From positions 1 to 58,449 of IMG/VR virus record IMGVR_UViG_3300017913_001414: a DNA stretch of 58,449 nt, one strand, 5' to 3'. Origin of the DNA: a virus (taxonomy: Duplodnaviria > Caudoviricetes). Below the pieces are notes generated by a model. It saw nothing but the letters and a program-made list of their open reading frames with translations. It was not told where the DNA came from and searched no databases. Position numbers and translations under genes: made by a program. This document shows, piece by piece, positions 56,643-58,449 of the stretch (positions are counted from its first letter, which is position 1; each line of letters starts with the position of its first letter).

Positions 56643-56933
56643 ATGCCAAAGAAGAAAGACCCTAGATTAGCCCGCGCCGGAGTATCAGGTTATAACAAAC
56701 CAAAGCGCACACCGGGCCACCCGAAGAAGTCTCATATAGTTGTCGCCAAAGAGGGTGACAAGGTTAAGACTATTCGTTTCGGGCAAAAGGGCGCGAAGAC
56801 GGCGGGCAAGCCTAAGGCTGGCGAGTCTGCTCGCATGAAGGCAAAGCGCAAATCGTTCAAAGCTCGTCACGCTAAAAACATCGCTAAGGGTAAAATGTCG
56901 GCGGCTTATTGGGCAGACAAGGTGAAGTGGTAA
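56643..56933 (+). CDS. basic phage protein
   Basis: GYNKPKRTP, K.IRFGQ.G, SFKARH, SAAYWADKVKW. Confidence 0.8.
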   Translation: MPKKKDPRLARAGVSGYNKPKRTPGHPKKSHIVVAKEGDKVKTIRFGQKGAKTAGKPKAGESARMKAKRKSFKARHAKNIAKGKMSAAYWADKVKW

Positions 56934-57136
56934 TGTCTAAGAACCTAGAAGCTGCCATAGCAAGACTTGAGGAACGTGTGGCCCATGTTGCCGATGAGGT
57001 TCGTCATGTACACGAAGAGGTGTCTGAACTAAAAGCGACAGCGAATAGGTGGAAGGGCGCGTTCTGGGTTATGGTAGGTGTAGGTGGTGTTATCGGAACG
57101 GCGGCTAATTTTATTTTAGGGTGGCTAGGGAAGTGA
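56933..57136 (+). CDS. coiled-coil protein with C-terminal TM helix
   Basis: IARLEERV..., then ANRWKGAFW and a hydrophobic tail. Confidence 0.7.
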   Translation: MSKNLEAAIARLEERVAHVADEVRHVHEEVSELKATANRWKGAFWVMVGVGGVIGTAANFILGWLGK

Positions 57137-57250
57137 ACAAGAAGCAAAAACAAAAGTTGGTTCGGCGCAGAGCAATCACTTTGCAGAATAATAGTTCCAT
57201 AAAACTTTCTATGACAGAGGCTGTTAACAGAGTTATGAAGGAGATGGATA

Positions 57251-57568
57251 ATGCCAGCGCCACGTAAAAGGCGTAACCCAGCAGCAGCGTCCCTTAGAGC
57301 TAGGGGCAAGTCTGTTGTCCCCGCCAAGAGGGGGAGGGGTTCATACACCAGAAAAAAGCCCGCAGCCAAACCAATGAAGGCTGGCGGGAAGAGTAAAAAG
57401 TCTCGCGTAAATGAAGCTGGCAACTACACCAAGCCTACAATGCGTAAGCGCTTATTCAACAAAATTAAAGCTGGCAGCAAAGGGGGCAAGCCGGGCCAGT
57501 GGTCAGCGCGTAAAGCGCAAATGCTTGCCCGCGAATACAAAGCAGCGGGTGGTGGTTATAGAGACTAG
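57251..57568 (+). CDS. basic phage protein
   Basis: NYTKP.MRK, GGKPGQWSARKAQ.LA..YK..GGGY. Confidence 0.8.
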   Translation: MPAPRKRRNPAAASLRARGKSVVPAKRGRGSYTRKKPAAKPMKAGGKSKKSRVNEAGNYTKPTMRKRLFNKIKAGSKGGKPGQWSARKAQMLAREYKAAGGGYRD

Positions 57569-57570
57569 TC

Positions 57571-58206
57571 GTGAAGCGGCTGGTCCTATTGGTGTTGCTG
57601 TTATTCCCGGCACACTCACTCGCACAGAGTGAGCAGACCGGAGACCTCAACACAAGCAACGTCAACTCAACCGTATCCAGTAACAACCCTAATCAGTCTA
57701 CAACAAATAATTACAACGGTGCTGGGGCTGCTTCCAATGTAACACCACCGCCTACAGCTGTATCCCCCAGCGCCCCCTCCGGTGGCTCTGAGAGTTGCTT
57801 GATAGGTCGAGGTATGGGGGTACAGGTCAATGTACTTGGCCTCTCTATGGGCGGTTACAAGCAAGATGAGGAGTGTAATAGGCGCAGAGACGCTAAGGCA
57901 CTGAAGGAGCAGGGTATGTCGATTGCTGCTGTTGCTCGTCTTTGCCAGTCCTTAGACACATGGAAAGCGATGTTTCAGTCGGCAACACCATGCCCAATAT
58001 CTATGAATGGTAAACTTGTGGTGGGCCGTGCCGCCACTTTATTGATGAAAAGAGACCCGATGACATTCATCCCTGATTACAAACGCAGGAAAATGTACTA
58101 CGATAAGATATTGGGTATCGGAAAGGATGATAGTGATGAAGAAAGTAGCAGCGCTGATGGCAGCATTTCTGAGCGTTTCCGCAGCACACTCAGAGACAAC
58201 GATTGA
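57571..58206 (+). CDS. secreted Cys-containing protein
   Basis: Signal peptide MKRLVLLVLLLFPAHSLA; PPPTA..P; C...D.EC.R..; LC; ATPCP. Confidence 0.7.
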   Translation: MKRLVLLVLLLFPAHSLAQSEQTGDLNTSNVNSTVSSNNPNQSTTNNYNGAGAASNVTPPPTAVSPSAPSGGSESCLIGRGMGVQVNVLGLSMGGYKQDEECNRRRDAKALKEQGMSIAAVARLCQSLDTWKAMFQSATPCPISMNGKLVVGRAATLLMKRDPMTFIPDYKRRKMYYDKILGIGKDDSDEESSSADGSISERFRSTLRDND

Positions 58207-58449
58207 TAATTTGGTTGAGGCCAGTAAAACAATCGCAGCCAAGCTTGAACAAGGTCGCTATGCGGTTTACGGCGCTGAGTACTATGCCTCTGTTGGGGGT
58301 ATCATCGACTATAACGCAGTGGATGACGAACAATACATCATCAATGACGGTGACATAGCTGCCTATAATGATGCATTAGATGGTGTGCGTAATGCATTGT
58401 ACTACACAACTCAAATGGCACTGGAGGAAAAATATGAAGAGTCAATGGT
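58136..58449 (+). CDS. 3'-truncated secreted protein (not in ORF track)
   Basis: MKKVAALMAAFLSVSAAHS-ETTID... signal peptide; open to the window end. Confidence 0.65.
   Translation, partial: MKKVAALMAAFLSVSAAHSETTIDNLVEASKTIAAKLEQGRYAVYGAEYYASVGGIIDYNAVDDEQYIINDGDIAAYNDALDGVRNALYYTTQMALEEKYEESM

Noticed and set aside
58136-58449. Direct circular junction of the window end to base 1
   Set aside because: Joining gives an almost immediate stop and leaves the 1-393 frame without a start; no terminal overlap seen, so some sequence is missing
1-58449. tRNA genes, introns/inteins, reverse transcriptase/DGR, stop-codon recoding
   Set aside because: None recognised by eye; TerL, portal and helicase are uninterrupted and genes pack normally under the standard code (no tRNAscan run)

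Overview
Near-complete (~58.4 kb) genome of a tailed dsDNA phage with podovirus-like architecture, probably marine and infecting an alphaproteobacterium (host is inference). The window opens within the late region, and both ends are truncated ORFs that do not join in frame. The + strand late arm (43.4-58.4 kb, continuing 1-28.3 kb) encodes TerS, TerL, portal, GroES, scaffold, major capsid, adaptors/nozzle, Gly-rich and collagen-like fibres with neighbouring 2OG-Fe(II) oxygenases and a Coq4-like protein, holin/amidase, ejection proteins and a 2555-aa polyvalent protein. The 28.2-43.3 kb region holds recombination/replication genes (Sak3-like SSAP, PD-(D/E)XK nuclease, RusA, primase-helicase; no DNA polymerase or integrase seen) and a minus-strand putative early operon. 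Main discovery: three complete type III hammerhead ribozymes (43047-43099, 42268-42322, 41746-41799, minus strand), each just upstream of the Shine-Dalgarno sequence of the first three early genes. Two of them are preceded by a GC-rich hairpin, which suggests the polycistronic mRNA cuts itself into gene-sized units. The same operon ends in a hairpin whose loop is a 12-nt perfect antisense match to the RBS behind the last ribozyme. A 14-bp palindrome (AGTT-N6-AACT) is also dispersed about 20 times across the genome, which encodes a ParB-like protein. Protein family calls are from motifs recognised by eye; no database searches were run.
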